Of a DNA stretch of 64,000 bases, positions 18,201 to 30,824 are shown one piece after another. This DNA is from Octopus vulgaris. Taxonomy: Eukaryota. Where the stretch lies: contig OX597816.1 in NCBI GenBank assembly GCA_951406725.2, forward strand, positions 153,760,001 to 153,824,000, read 5' to 3'. The first letter of the stretch is position 1, and each line of letters opens with the position of its first letter. Position numbers and translations under genes: made by a program. The notes beneath the pieces are model-generated. The model had not been told where the DNA came from and did not search any database. It saw nothing but the letters and a program-made list of their open reading frames with translations.

Positions 18201-18385
18201 ACAAATGAATAAATGAAGAATGAAGGAAAGAAAAATAAATAAATAAATAAATAAACCAGTCAAATAAAATTATGAATTACTGCAACCCTAATGAACCACC
18301 AGTCTGGGGAGGAAATCAAGTACATGATGCAGAAGTAAGACCTATATTTCGTACTAATTGCATTGGTAGGAGTAGATCAATCATC

Positions 18386-18405
18386 TCAATATTTCATCTT
18401 GCCAC
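18386..18405 (-). CDS. Candidate terminal coding exon A (GGKMKY*)
   Basis: Acceptor tttctgtttacAG about 270 bp after exon 18673-18774; phase-1 reading gives GGKMKY then TGA. Confidence 0.35.
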
Positions 18406-18672
18406 CTGTAAACAGAAATCAAATATTTGGCCACCAACATTTGACTAATTGTTTAAAAAGATTATATAAAAAAAATTAAAAGGGTGGGTTGATAAGAGCC
18501 ACAATATGTACCAATAGGGAATGATATGATATTGTAATAGAGCTGTGTGTTAGGAAGCAGTTAGCTAAGTAGAAGAGAGAAGCAGAAAATAAAGAGGCAA
18601 GGTACAGTCCCATTAGTTAGGTGAGATTTTAGTATATTATAAGCAGTGACAGCAGTATTCAGAGATTTTTAC

Positions 18673-18774
18673 CTCCCAAACTGGAGAGGGAGCTAGCCAA
18701 ACTGCTGCTGCCAAGCCGCTGGGTGGAATCTTCAGGATGATCAGGAACATGCTTGGAAGTGTTGGAGCGCTTAC
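18673..18774 (-). CDS. AAK1: Probable further exon of the AAK1-like gene (GKRSNTSKHVPDHPEDSTQRLGSSSLASSLSSLG)
   Basis: GC-richer island in AT-rich DNA. Acceptor cttgcAG, donor GAG/GTaaaa, 102 bp, phase 1->1, open in frame with the preceding exon. No homology recognised. Confidence 0.6.
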
Positions 18775-19574
18775 CTGCAAGATGTTCACCAGAGGATGTA
18801 AGTGGGTAATTATATATACAAGTATACATACAGCTAGTTTACATCATTAAAATTTTTTTTTGTTTTTTAACATGTGCACACACATACATACATACATACA
18901 CACACTGAGTAATAAATACACAGTTTTATATACACACACATATGCACATATAGGGATACACATTCACAAGTTTACTCACAGCAAAGTTTAAAAAAGATCA
19001 AAACACTAGTAGTGGCGATATTACTATGAAGATACATTCACCACTCAAAAATATGTTCATTTCCAATAAAGAAACTACACAATACAAAAAGCTTTAATTA
19101 CTCAAACTAGTTAATATATAAATATTTTCTAAAACTTTAAAAGATATCAAAATAAATTAATTTTCTGTATTCTATAGAAGAATCTAGACAGAGTACAACA
19201 GTATCAATTTATTTTTAATAGTGCACATGGTAATACATGGATCTCAGGATATACAGCAAAGATGACACCCACAGCAAGAAGGGCAGTCGCTAATGAAGAT
19301 TACAGCAGTAGCAGAGCCTTAGACATCATATCTTATTCACTCCTACATAAAACAAATATCTTCCAAAATACTAGAGTAAACACAATCTTCTTTACAAAAT
19401 TCTGATCAAACTATATATATATATATATATATCAGGAAGGAAAAATCAATCATTTCGTCTCACTCATAAAGGTATCTACGTTCAACTTTCATTTGGTATC
19501 AGGTGATATAATTTACCTTCTTGTACACAGGTACTCAAACAAATGGAACCCAGTTTGTAGATAAATATTTGCAG

Positions 19575-22420
19575 CTCCCTTTTACTTTTCCCATCTTATT
19601 CTCCTCTCAGTTGCCTTCCCATGCTAACACTACTTTACGTTACATAATTCATTTAAATCATCTCTTTCATCAATTTCTCACTCACACCAAACAACATAAA
19701 CTCCACTCACTCCTCCATTCCATCACACCTGCTGCCCTACCCCAACTCCTCCCCTATCCTTTCTCCCTGGTACACTCCCTCACCAACCCATGCGTCCCTC
19801 CCAACCCACCACCCACATACCCCTCATCCCCTCCCTCCCAGCCTTCCACTACCCCACCACCCCTCCTACTTCTATCCCATTCACCCCTTCTTCACTTCAG
19901 TCTGTTGCTACCATTCCTCCAGATCTTCCTCTCTCTGAGGCAGAGCGCTCCCTCCTCAGTACGGGACTGAGCTTCATATTCCTCACTCCATCCAGCAATG
20001 AATTTCGGACTCATGCTGATATCTGCAGCTTTGTACACAGCGTTAGGTTGTGTGAGCTTTTTCATGACACTCCATCTGCATCTATTGAGAAAGACTGCTT
20101 CACCAACCTGAGCTGCCAACTATTCCAGTGGATGCCAGCTCCTGGCCAGTTCCAAGCAGTCAATCTTTTTGTGGGTGCCTGCCAGCATGCTATGGACTGG
20201 TTTGACTTTTCCAAGTGTCCTTGACAGCTGAACATCTCCTCAGCTAAACTCTCAGCCCTTCGATGTCTCCGACGCCACATGAACATCATCAGAAAACCAG
20301 TCGACAAGGATGGAGCCATGGTGGTGTGGCACGTGGACCTCTACAAGGCTGAAGCTCTCCGCCAACTTCAAGACACCTCCCTCTACAGCCCTCTGCCTTT
20401 CAACTCCATACCCAGCTACCAACAGACTATGTCCTCCACTGTCCATGACCTCATCTCTTCCTCCCGTCTCTCCCCACTGCCTCTAACCTCATGGTCTGCA
20501 CCCCTCACACTCCCACGATTTACTTCCTCCCCCAAATCCACAAACCTAATAACACTGACCGTCCCATCGTCTCTGCCTGCAACTGCCCCACCGAACTCAT
20601 CTCCAGATATCTTGGCCATGTCCTTGCCCCCCTAATGTCCTCCCTCCCCTCTCACATTCATGACACCAACCATGTTCTTTGTTCAACTCTTTCTTCTTCC
20701 CTCCTGGCCCATCTAAACTTCTCTTCACTATTGACATCAAGAGTCTATACACGGTGATGCCTCACCACAAGGGGCTGCATGCACTCCAACATTTCCTTGA
20801 CCTTCAACCCAACCCCCAGCCTGACACATCCACACTCCTTCGTGTGGCCGAACTTGTCCTCTCACTTAACTGCTTCTCGTTTGCGGGTGATTTTACCAGC
20901 AGATTTTGGGGGTGGCAATGGGAACAAGAATGGGCCCCAACTATGCAAACCTGTTCATTAGCTACGTTGAAGCCAAAATATTCTCAAGTTTCACTGGTCC
21001 CACTCCTGAACTATACGGTTGTTATATTGATGACTGTATCGATGTGACCGCACTCTCCCGTGAACATCTAGACCTTTCCATCCTCAGTTGCCTTTCTCAA
21101 CATTTCAGTCAGCATTCATCACTCCACTCTCACCACCTCCATCAACAACAAACACACAGACTCACACTCTCACTTCTACTTCTCCTCCTCCCACCCTAAA
21201 CACACCAAGCTCTTCATCCCCTTTTCCCAATCCTCCATCTACGCAGGCTCTGCAGTGACAACTATGACTTTGAGACTCAGTCTCAACTCAAGGCTCGCCA
21301 CTTCACCCTATGTGGATATCCCCTCACATTTCATGGACATTCCAGAGCACATTCCGTGGACCATGCATCTGCTCTCTCCCCTACACCTGCCCCACTGTCA
21401 CCCATCTCCCCTCACCACCCCACCACCCTACCTCTCAAATGCACCATTCGCCAAGCCTTCTGGCAACTCCAGTCCGACCCCTCCACATGCACATCTCCCC
21501 TCCTTCAAACAAGCCCACAACCTATGAGACCTCTAGGTTGACAGCTTCTTCCCTAACTCAATCTCCCCCTGCTCCCGCCCATGCACCCATCATTGACTAT
21601 CATATCACTGACTCCTTCACCTGCACTTCTAGCAACGTCATCTACTGCAACTCCTGCTCTCTCTGTCCTTCTCTATACATAAGTCAAACAGGACGCCACT
21701 TAGCTGACCGGTTTGCGGAATACCTCCGAGACATCAGACTTGGCAACGACATGCCGGTCTTGTGCCATTTCTGCTCTGCTGGTCACTCTTTACATGTCTG
21801 TGTTTGGATTATCCTTGCACAGGGGCCATCCAGACTCCCATCTTCACTGTGAGCAGGGATTAATCTTCTCCCTTCACTCCTTTGCACCACATGGGCTCAA
21901 CTCTCCTCCTCACTTCATCTAACTCTCCTCCTCTCTCCTCTCACACCTATTTCTTCCACCCACCTCTCCTCTCTTGCTCTGGCACCTACTTCCTCTCTTC
22001 ACTCCCTTCCACCCTCTCCCTTCATCATCACCCTCCCCTCGTTACCCCACCCTACACATTCCAACTCCACCATCCCTATACATCCCATGCCCCCACTCCA
22101 TCCCTTAGACCACACCCTAGCTTCCCCACTCCCACCTCCCCACACCCCAACACCACCACACTACATCACACACCACCCTGCACATACTAGCACTGACCAA
22201 TTCCCAGTACCTTCCCACGCACCTTCATTTTGGGATCACGTGACCCTAGCTTTCACCATGATAGATCGTTAGCCACTGAACCTTTTTCTATTTTCTCTCC
22301 CTGTTTATTTCTGTGTTCCTTTCTGTCAAAGAGCATAGGCTCAAAATGTAAAAGGCTTTCTCACTTCCAGAGCATTAAACTAATACATCTATTTGTTGTT
22401 GTTTTTTTTGTAAATTCTCA
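19575..22420 (+). mobile_element. Penelope-like retroelement (RT + GIY-YIG endonuclease), frameshifted pseudo-ORF, with 3' pseudo-LTR
   Basis: Motifs across frames: RKPVDKDGAMVVW, YFLPQIHKPNNTDRPIVSACNCPTE, TIDIKSLYT, GVAMGTRMGPNYANLF, YIDD, and GIY-YIG-like NVIYCNSCSLCPSLYISQTGRHLADRFAEY. Confidence 0.92.
22318..22355 (+). ncRNA. Degenerate minimal hammerhead ribozyme in the Penelope pLTR
   Basis: CCTTT-ctgtcaaa-GAGC atag GCTC-aaaa-tgta-AAAGG: stem I ccttt/aaagg, stem II gagc/gctc, with mutated CUGANGA and GAAAC boxes. Confidence 0.5.
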
Positions 22421-22565
22421 CTATATATGATGACTAAGACAAAAATAGTGATGATAATGATATGGAGCAAAATGAAAAAAATTTTTTATCAATATCATCA
22501 TCATCCTCTGGATTGGACAGAGTTTACTCATCACAAGAGCAAGCAAAAGATCCCCAAAATGTTCA

Positions 22566-22607
<42 letters not shown>

Positions 22608-22627
22608 TGTGTATCCAAATATACATT

Positions 22628-23012
22628 ATCATTATTTAACATCTGTTGTCCATGCCGGCATGGGTTGAACGGTTTGACTAGGCTGGCACACTTGAAGGCT
22701 ACCCCAGACTCCAGTCTCATTTGGTATGGCTTTCTACAGCTGAATGCCTGCCTACTATCAACCACTCTGAGAGTGTAATGGGTGCTTTTACGTGTCACCA
22801 GCATGGGTGCCATTTGTGCAACACCAAGGTGTTTATGTGTCACTGACATGGGTGCCATTTTGTGTGACACCAGTATCTGGAAGGGACTTTGCACTAGCCA
22901 CAGATTTGGTCTGTAGCACTCAGCAAGCTATTTCAGTTGAAAAATATATCTCATTCGGTCACATTCCATGAGTATATCTTGGTCATCCTATGAACTTTTC
23001 AGCTGACCCTTG

Positions 23013-23058
<46 letters not shown>

Positions 23059-23640
23059 CATATGTGTGTGTATGTATACATATATGTGCATGTGTGTATG
23101 TATACATATATGTGCATATGCATGTGTATCATTGTTGTCATCATCATCATTTAAAACGTCCACTTTCTATGCTGGCACGGGTGGGATGGTTTGAAAGAAA
23201 CCAGCCAGGCGGAAGCCTGCACTTGACTACTGTGTCTGTTTTGGCACAGGTTTTACAGTTGGATGCCCTAACACCAACCACCCAACAGAATGAACTGAGT
23301 GTTATTTACATGGCACAGGCATAGGTGAGGTCAGTTTTGGCAAAGTTTTTTACAGCTGCACGCCCTTCCAAATGCCAACCACTTTATAGTGTAGACTGGA
23401 TGCTTTTGAAGTGGCATCTGCACTGACAGGGTTACCAAGTAACTTGCAAGACAAAATCATTTGAGAGGGGGAGGGGCACTGGAGAAGGTGATCTTGTGTC
23501 AGATGATGAAAGGTTATAGTGAGACAGAAAGACAGAAACAGGCATCTTGCTGTAGAGGAGGTACGTGGTTACTTGGCCGAAGAGAGAGAAAGAGATCTGG
23601 AATGAGGACATAAACAGCTGTGCTGTCATAAGGAGATACA
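22628..23640 (-). mobile_element. RTE-tail-bearing repeats (two copies, 22628-22875 and 23131-23640) separated by microsatellite
   Basis: Reverse complement of the recurrent tail ...gcatccagctgtagaaa...cccatgccagcatgga...gttaaatgatgatgat. Confidence 0.7.
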
Positions 23641-23701
23641 TGTGTGAGTATTACACACACAAATATATATGCATACATACATACATGTACACACACACAT
23701 A

Positions 23702-24600
23702 TATTGGGTTATCACATAAATAATGCGTTTTTTTCAATTGCATGAACTAAAAGTCGGAGGGGGTGGGATAAACTACTTGCATCAACTTGCTATAAAAGCA
23801 GGTAGTAATTTTTACCTTGTCTTTATTCTTAGTGCAAGTTTTGAAGAGTGCAATTCTATTTTAACAGATATTTTTCCAAAGTTATAATGGAAGTGATAAA
23901 GGAGCATATTCAGCATATTTTGCTTTATGAGTTCAATAAAGCAACAACACAACAGAAAGTGTAGGGAATATTAATGTAGTATATGGAGAGCAGACAATAA
24001 GTATAAGTCAATGTCAACGGTGGCTACAGAAATTCCAAGCCAGAAACTACAGCCTAGAAGATGAGCCTTGTCCTGGAAGATCTGTAGAGCTTGACAAGGA
24101 CATCCTGCAAACCTTGGTGAAACAAAATCCCATCGTAACTGTTGAACAAGCAGAGAAGCTTGGATCTGGTCATTCAACCATTCATTGACAGCTGCATGCC
24201 ATCAGAAAAGTCAGCAAATTGGGTAATGGGTTCCTCACAAACTTTCCAAGTCTAATCATGCACAACGAGTGATTGTATGCCCTTCTTTGCTGTCACGTCT
24301 CATGAATGAACCATTTTTGGACCTAATAGTGACTGGTAACAAGAAATAGGTTCTCTATAAAAATGTCAAGCACCAAAGACAGTGGGTAGGGAAAGGAGAA
24401 ACACCAGCACCCCAGGCTAAGGAAGGTTTTCACCCACATAATGTGTTGTTATCTGTTTGATGGGAAATGAAAGATTTAGTCCACTTTGAACTTTTAAATC
24501 CAAACCAAACAATAACAAAGGTGATCTACTGCATGCAGCTTGAGCCGCTTAAGTCAGTGCCAGAAGGAAAACAATCATCTTTGGTTTCAAGACGAAAGTT
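23702..24600 (+). mobile_element. Mariner (Tc1/mariner) transposon relic, 5' part
   Basis: TA + TIR-like ttgggttatcacataaataatgcg. Transposase start MEVIKEHIQHILLYEFNK at 23887, WVPHKL at ~24227 and an IVTG(N)KK first-D region, with stops and frameshifts. Truncated at ~24600. Confidence 0.85.
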
Positions 24601-25655
24601 ATTCTAAGGACCTTATGTTTAACTTAGCAAAGACTAAGGTTCTAGTAAGCAAGAAAACTGATAGGACCGTACCCCCATCATGTTCAATTTGTAAGAAAGG
24701 TGTAGGCAGGAACACCATATGATGTACCCAGTGTCAGCTATGGACACACAAGATGTGCTGTGGATTAATAGAAAGGTTATCAAAGAAGATAGTTTTTGTA
24801 AGTGGAAGATGCACAAGTTCCATAAAAATTTTAGAGACTCACGAAATTGATTCTCTCAAATGCCCTAATAGCTCATTAGAGGTAGTAGATAATTTCTGTT
24901 ACCTAGGGGACCAAATTAGTAGTGAGAGGGAATGCACAGAGAGTGTGTTAGCTAAAATAAGAATAGGACGGAGGAAATTCAGAGAGCTGTTATCTCTGTT
25001 GGCCCCGAAAAGTTTCTCTCTCAAAATGAAAAGAAGATTGTATGATGCATGTATACAGACAACAATGCTACATGGTAATCAGGTGTAGACCCTGAATGCA
25101 GAGGGCATATGAAAGTTAAGAAGGAATGAGGCTAGTCAGTTCTGCTAGATATGTAATGTGAGTATACATGTTCAATAGAATGCTAGTGTTCTAAGAGAGA
25201 AGTTGGGCATAAGAGGAATTGTGCTGGTTTGGTCATGTGATACAGATGGATGCTGACAGCTCCATAAAGAAGTGCCAATCTCTCAAAGTGGATAGAACAC
25301 ATGGAAGTGGGTAACCCAAGATGTGGGAAGAAGTACATAAGAACAACTTCAGGATACTGAAACTTTCGGGCAAGATGACAAAGGACCAAGATACATAGTG
25401 CCTTGCTGTACTCAAGAAGACCCATACTCTGCAGCAGAAGTGTTAAGACAGATACTTTTCATGGTGTATAACACTCATTGTGGTGCCAAATAACGCACCC
25501 ATGCAGTGTGCTACATAAAAGCACACAGGACACTCTGGAATCCAGCCGTAAAAAACATGCCAAGTTAGATTGGAGTCTGGTGCAGCTCCCCAGCATGCCA
25601 GCTCTGGTCAAACCATGCCAGCATAGACAACAGACATTAGATGATGATGATGAAG
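24601..25655 (+). mobile_element. RTE-clade LINE 3' fragment with (GAT)n tail
   Basis: NLAKTKVLVS, CSICKKGVG, LEVVDNFCYLGDQIS, RRLYDACIQTTMLHG, WFGHV motifs; ends gatgatgatgatg at ~25650. Confidence 0.88.
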
Positions 25656-25897
25656 TTGGTGATTATATATGTGTGTGTGTATGTATACACACATATACAT
25701 ATATACATACATAGGTAGATGGATAAATATGAATGATGATGATGATATATATATATATATAGATGGATGGATGGATATGAAAATATATATATAAAGAGAG
25801 TAACCACATCAAAGTGGCAGATTAATATTACTACAAGTCTAAACCCAAGCAGATTTTCTGCCAGCTGGTTTTTGGTGCAATTTCTGCACACTCTATA

Positions 25898-26058
25898 TAC
25901 AATATATTGCTAGCAGGGAGAGCGAATCCTTACTACTCTCCAGCAGCTGACACAATTGCGGGACTGGCCCAGTTTCGAGCTATTTGGCTCACATCAGCTG
26001 CATGCACCTGTGCAATAGAGTGATAAGTAAGATCCACTTCTGCCAGCAATATATTGTA
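25898..26058 (-). mobile_element. 161-bp fold-back element with ~40-bp terminal inverted repeats enclosing a hammerhead-like motif
   Basis: Arms tacaatatattgctagcag... and ...ctgccagcaatatattgta. The minus-strand loop reads tgcag CTGATGT GAGC caaata GCTC GAAACTGGGCCAGTC ccgca. Confidence 0.7.
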
Positions 26059-26709
26059 AATCAACTGACCATCAGTCACTGATTTGCAACAAGCGAAATA
26101 GTTAGTTATAAAATCTCAAGAGGTAGAATAGTAACATATAATATACAGTAAAGCGAGGAGCCAATATATATATATAGATGGCTAGATAGATATGAAAGAA
26201 TATATATTTGTATATATATACATAAATGGATAAATATGAAAAGATACGTATACACATACACAAAGGTGGATAGGTAGATATGAAAAGAGAATAAATATAT
26301 ATATATACATGAATGGGGTGTTGGGGGGGGCTGATGGAGGAGTAGCACCTTTGTAGGAAGACAGATGCCTCGCCCTCTGCGGGTGGTCTGACTACCTTGG
26401 TCCTTACATCAGCCTCAGCTCGTACATATGGCTCCTAGTAGCTGCCAAGCACAGCAGCGGCCACACCCCAGGCAACAGCATCGCCTCGCCATCCAAACTA
26501 TGTACGGGTACTCATCTGGTGGACTCCTGTTGGGGATGGGGAAAACCATTCTCCCTTGTGTCAAGTGGTCACCAGCCTTCTGTTAAAGGGCGTTCGAACT
26601 GGGACATGGCAGTCAAGAGTCTTTCAGGGCAGTAGAACTGTCATGAAAGTTCAGGGATCTGAACCCTGGGGCAGAAAGATGCTAATGACCTACAGCACTA
26701 TAGTCGTTT

Positions 26710-28538
26710 TTTTGATGCTGACGTACTTGACTCAATAGGTCTCCTCAAGCAGGTCGCCCTACGATCCAAGGCACTTTGGAAGGGCTGGGGCTTCTATGTG
26801 AAGCTGGTGCAGAAAACAGCCATGAACTCACATTATTTGCCAGGTCTTCGCAGTCACAGCATATCTCCAGAGGTCTCGGTCTTCTGTCATTACCACTGTG
26901 AAACCGAACGTTCAAAGGTCATGCTTGACCACCTCATCCCATGTCTTCCTGGGTTTACTCCGGATTCCTTCAACTGTTTGGGAGTGACACTTCTTCACAC
27001 ATCTCTCCTCATCATTCCGTAGTACATGACCATACCAGTGCAGACGTCTCTCTGCAACGCCACATCCAATGCTTCTTATGTCCAGCATTTCTCTCCAAGT
27101 CCACGAAAGCTATGTAGATGGGTTTATCTTTAGCTAGGTATTTCTCCTGCAGTTGTCGAACCAGGAATATGGCATCAGTGGTGCTTCTACCTGGCACAAA
27201 ACCAAACTGCATCTCATCTAAGCAAACTCTCTCCCTAATGAGATGGGCTATGACCCTCTCTGTGACCTTCAACACCTGATCCAACAGTTTAATACCCCTG
27301 TAGTTATTTCTATCTAGAGTATCACCTTTACCCTTGTAGCAGTTGACTATGGTGCTGCTACGCCAGTCATTGGGTATGACTCCATTATGAATTACCTGGT
27401 TTACAATGCGGGTGACTGGGCCATAGCCCACACCACCAGATGTTTTAAGCATCTCAGCAGTGATTCCTGATGGGCCGGAGGCTTTTCCTGGTTTCATACC
27501 CTGAATTGCTTTAACTACTAGGGAGCTGTCTATTCAGATAGCTGGTCACTCTACTGGGTCAACATTTGGCAGGCTCTCCTCCTCCCATTCATTCTCCACA
27601 TTCAGCAGTCTCTCATAATGGCTTCTCCAAGCCTCTTTCTTTTCAGAAACATTGAAAGCAAGTGCACCATCATCCATGCAGACACATTTCTCTTCTATGA
27701 CATCACAATTTTCTCTCACACACTGTCTTGCAATCTGAAATACCTCAAGTTTTTTGGTCCTCACGTCGCTGAACATTGGCAAACTTCTTATTTTCTGCTT
27801 CGCCCTTGGCTATGTATACCTGCCACCCAGTCTCCCTTTTGGCTACCTGGTACAGTTCCCTGCTACCCCCATCCCACCAGGCTTTCCAGGCCTATTTCTT
27901 TGCTCTAATGGCTTTGTCTACTGTACTATTCCACCACCACGTAACTCTAGGTCTGGAAGGGACTTTGCACCATCCACAGATTTGGTCTGTGGCACTCAGC
28001 AAGCTGTCCCATAGGAATTTCCAGCTACCTTCTATGTCCGACGTCTGTAGCTTCTCCTCCCTCTCATCAGATTTCTTGATGAGGATGTCCCTAAATCTCT
28101 GACCATGTGAAGGGTTCTTTAGCTTCCAAGTCCTTTTCTGGATTGGTCTGCTTCTTGGTATCCTTCTGGCCTCAAGCTTAAAGTCACTAATGACTAGCTT
28201 AATGCTGAGGGGTACATTCTTCACCTGGGAGGGTCTTTGTATTTAAGAGCAACCCTGCGTCCCGCTGTCTGGTGAGGATGAAATCTATTTGGCAAGCAGA
28301 GTCCCCTGACTGATAGGTTATAAGGTGGCTGTCTGGCTTCCTGAAGTTAGTGTTGCAGATTAAAAGGTTACATGCATCACAGAATTCCAGTAGTCTAGTT
28401 CCCTCATCGTTTCGGGTGCCAATACCATGGCCACTGTGTACCCCAGTGAAGATACCCGATTCCTGCCCAACATGCCCATTAAAGTCTCCAGCCACAAAGA
28501 TGAGGTCATTGCCACTTGTCTTTGAGGTAGACTCCTCT
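26710..28538 (-). mobile_element. RTE-clade LINE (APE endonuclease + RT), 5'-truncated and internally deleted
   Basis: VAGDFNGHVG, ICNTNFRK, QIDFILT, KASGPSGITAEMLK, NNYRGIKLLDQ, QFGFVPGRSTTDAIF, AFVDLE, then LHWYGHV. Confidence 0.93.
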
Positions 28539-28844
28539 ATATACATATATATATATACACATACATATATGTACACATACATATATGTTCATATACATAT
28601 ATGTACATATACATATATACACACACATACACACGCATGAATGTTTGTTTTTATGTTCAGTTATAAAAACAATTTTACATTAATTTCATGGATTATTCTA
28701 TTCTTTCTTTTGTAGAATACAAATTTATTATTCTTGCATAAGAATGTTGTTGACAGTGGCATTGAAGTTTTAGCCACCTAAGCCATCATCCAATCAAAGT
28801 CACTGCCAACAATAATTCCTGTCTAAGAGTAATATATATATATC

Positions 28845-29258
28845 GAAATCAAATTCAGTGATGTGGCCAATGACAGCACCGCATGACTGGCATTCGTGCT
28901 AGTGGAATGCTAAGAGCACCATCCGAGCGTGATCATTGCCAGGGTCGCTGACTGACTCCCATGCCAGTGGCATGTATAAAGCAACATTCGAGCATGATCA
29001 TTACCAGTGTCGCCTTACTCACACGTGAAAACAACACTCGAGCGAGGTCGTTGCCAGTGCCACTGGACTGGCTCTTGTGCAGGTGGCACATAAAAGCACC
29101 CACTACACTTCCAGAGCGGTTGACATGAGGAAGGGCATCCAGCTGTAGAAACTCTGCCAGATCAGATTGGAGCCTGGTGCAGCTATCTGGCTTGCCAGCC
29201 CTCAGTCAAACCGTCCAACCCATGCCAGCATGGAAAGTGAATGTTAAATGATGATGAT

Positions 29259-29260
<2 letters not shown>
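28845..29260 (+). mobile_element. RTE 3'UTR/tail with internal tandem duplications, followed by (TA)n
   Basis: Repeated gagcgtgatcattgccag-like units, then ...gcatccagctgtagaaa...ccatgccagcatgga...ttaaatgatgatga. Confidence 0.8.
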
Positions 29261-29337
<77 letters not shown>

Positions 29338-30824
29338 ATATAATATAATATAAACAAGATTCAGTTGAATAAGGTACTTAAAGTTGAGGCTCTTAAGTGG
29401 AATAAAATGCTATAGACTAACTAATTTCAAGATCTTGCATTATGTTGTGCCCATGACAAAGGCAAAATGGTAATATCTACAACTAGTAATATCTAGTAAA
29501 TGAATTAGGGAAAAACTATATGCACTTTCCCTCTTTACACTCCAAAAAAATATCTCTCATCCTCTTCAAAAGAACATTTCCAGTCAATAACCATCTTCTT
29601 CTGACTTGATGTTATATGTGATTGAACAAACTGCTAAGCAGCATTTAGCATTGATGAAGAACTACAACTTTTGAACATTGAATATCCAACAGTAATGAGT
29701 TATGTTTACCATTTACCAACAGATAGACGTAACAGAGATTGATCCTTACAAAGGGACAACCAAAATGGATAACCTCCCTCCAGATATTTATCTGGAGAAG
29801 AGATCATGTCAGAAATAATATTAGAAAATTAGATAATGTAAAGTGAATAATAAATTAAAGTACCATCAGTTTTGACTTTGTGACACATTATCTAATGTCT
29901 ATAGGAACTGTTGAAAAAGAAACACTAAAAGGTCAGCTAATTCCCTTAAAACACAAAATTGTAAGCAGTAAATGTGAAACTTCATTACAATAAGAAATTT
30001 CTAGGAACAAAGAGCCATCATCGATGACAAGTTTGCACTGAACCCTCAAGCAAGACATTGTAGCATGGAAAGCCATGCCACCAAAGTCATAAAAGCTGTT
30101 TCCCAAAATGGCCTAGGTTAGGAACTGGAATCTAAACAAACATGACAGTGATGCAATGTGGTTAAATGAGTAACTCTTCTGATAGTCAGTGCAAAACAAC
30201 CAAATGGAAAAATCACCAGGGAGAGACCTGGTAGTTGGTTATTAGTAGAGAACACTGACAGAATCTAAGTTAAAGGGATGGATGAAAGCAGGGGTATAAG
30301 ATCAGTCCCCCTTACCTTTATGTGCAGCATCATATCACTTAGCAATACCCACTTGGAGAAAGTCCTTACCATATTAGTAGAAAGTTATCATGGATCCATA
30401 TACCACAATAAAGAGAATATCAAAAACACTGACAGAAATGGTAGCTTCTCCTGGACCTATGGTAGATATATCACACCTCACCTAGAAAGTTCTGCCCTCA
30501 CTAGCCAAGGAATAAAAGATAGCTATTAAATATCTAATCAACAAGAGAGATAAGGGCATCTCTAAACCTCCATGTCATGATAGAAAATGGTCATATTTAA
30601 TATACAGAAAAGTAGTACTTAAGAATTCTATACAATATACCCAATGCAAACTGTGAATGCACAGGTCATACAGTAGGCCCATAAGTAGGCTCAGAGAGAA
30701 GGTAAAGTAAGCACCACAGATGACAGATGCACAGGAACAGTAAGTACTAAGAGCACTTGCAAAATAGACTCCATTCACTACCCAGCTGGTTCTCTAGTAG
30801 TAATAGTTTCTATTACTCAGGAAA

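Noticed and set aside
19432-19520. Minus-strand atcacCTGATAC...gacGAAAtgat upstream of the Penelope element as another hammerhead
   Set aside because: Core mismatched and no convincing stem II; left as unassigned sequence.
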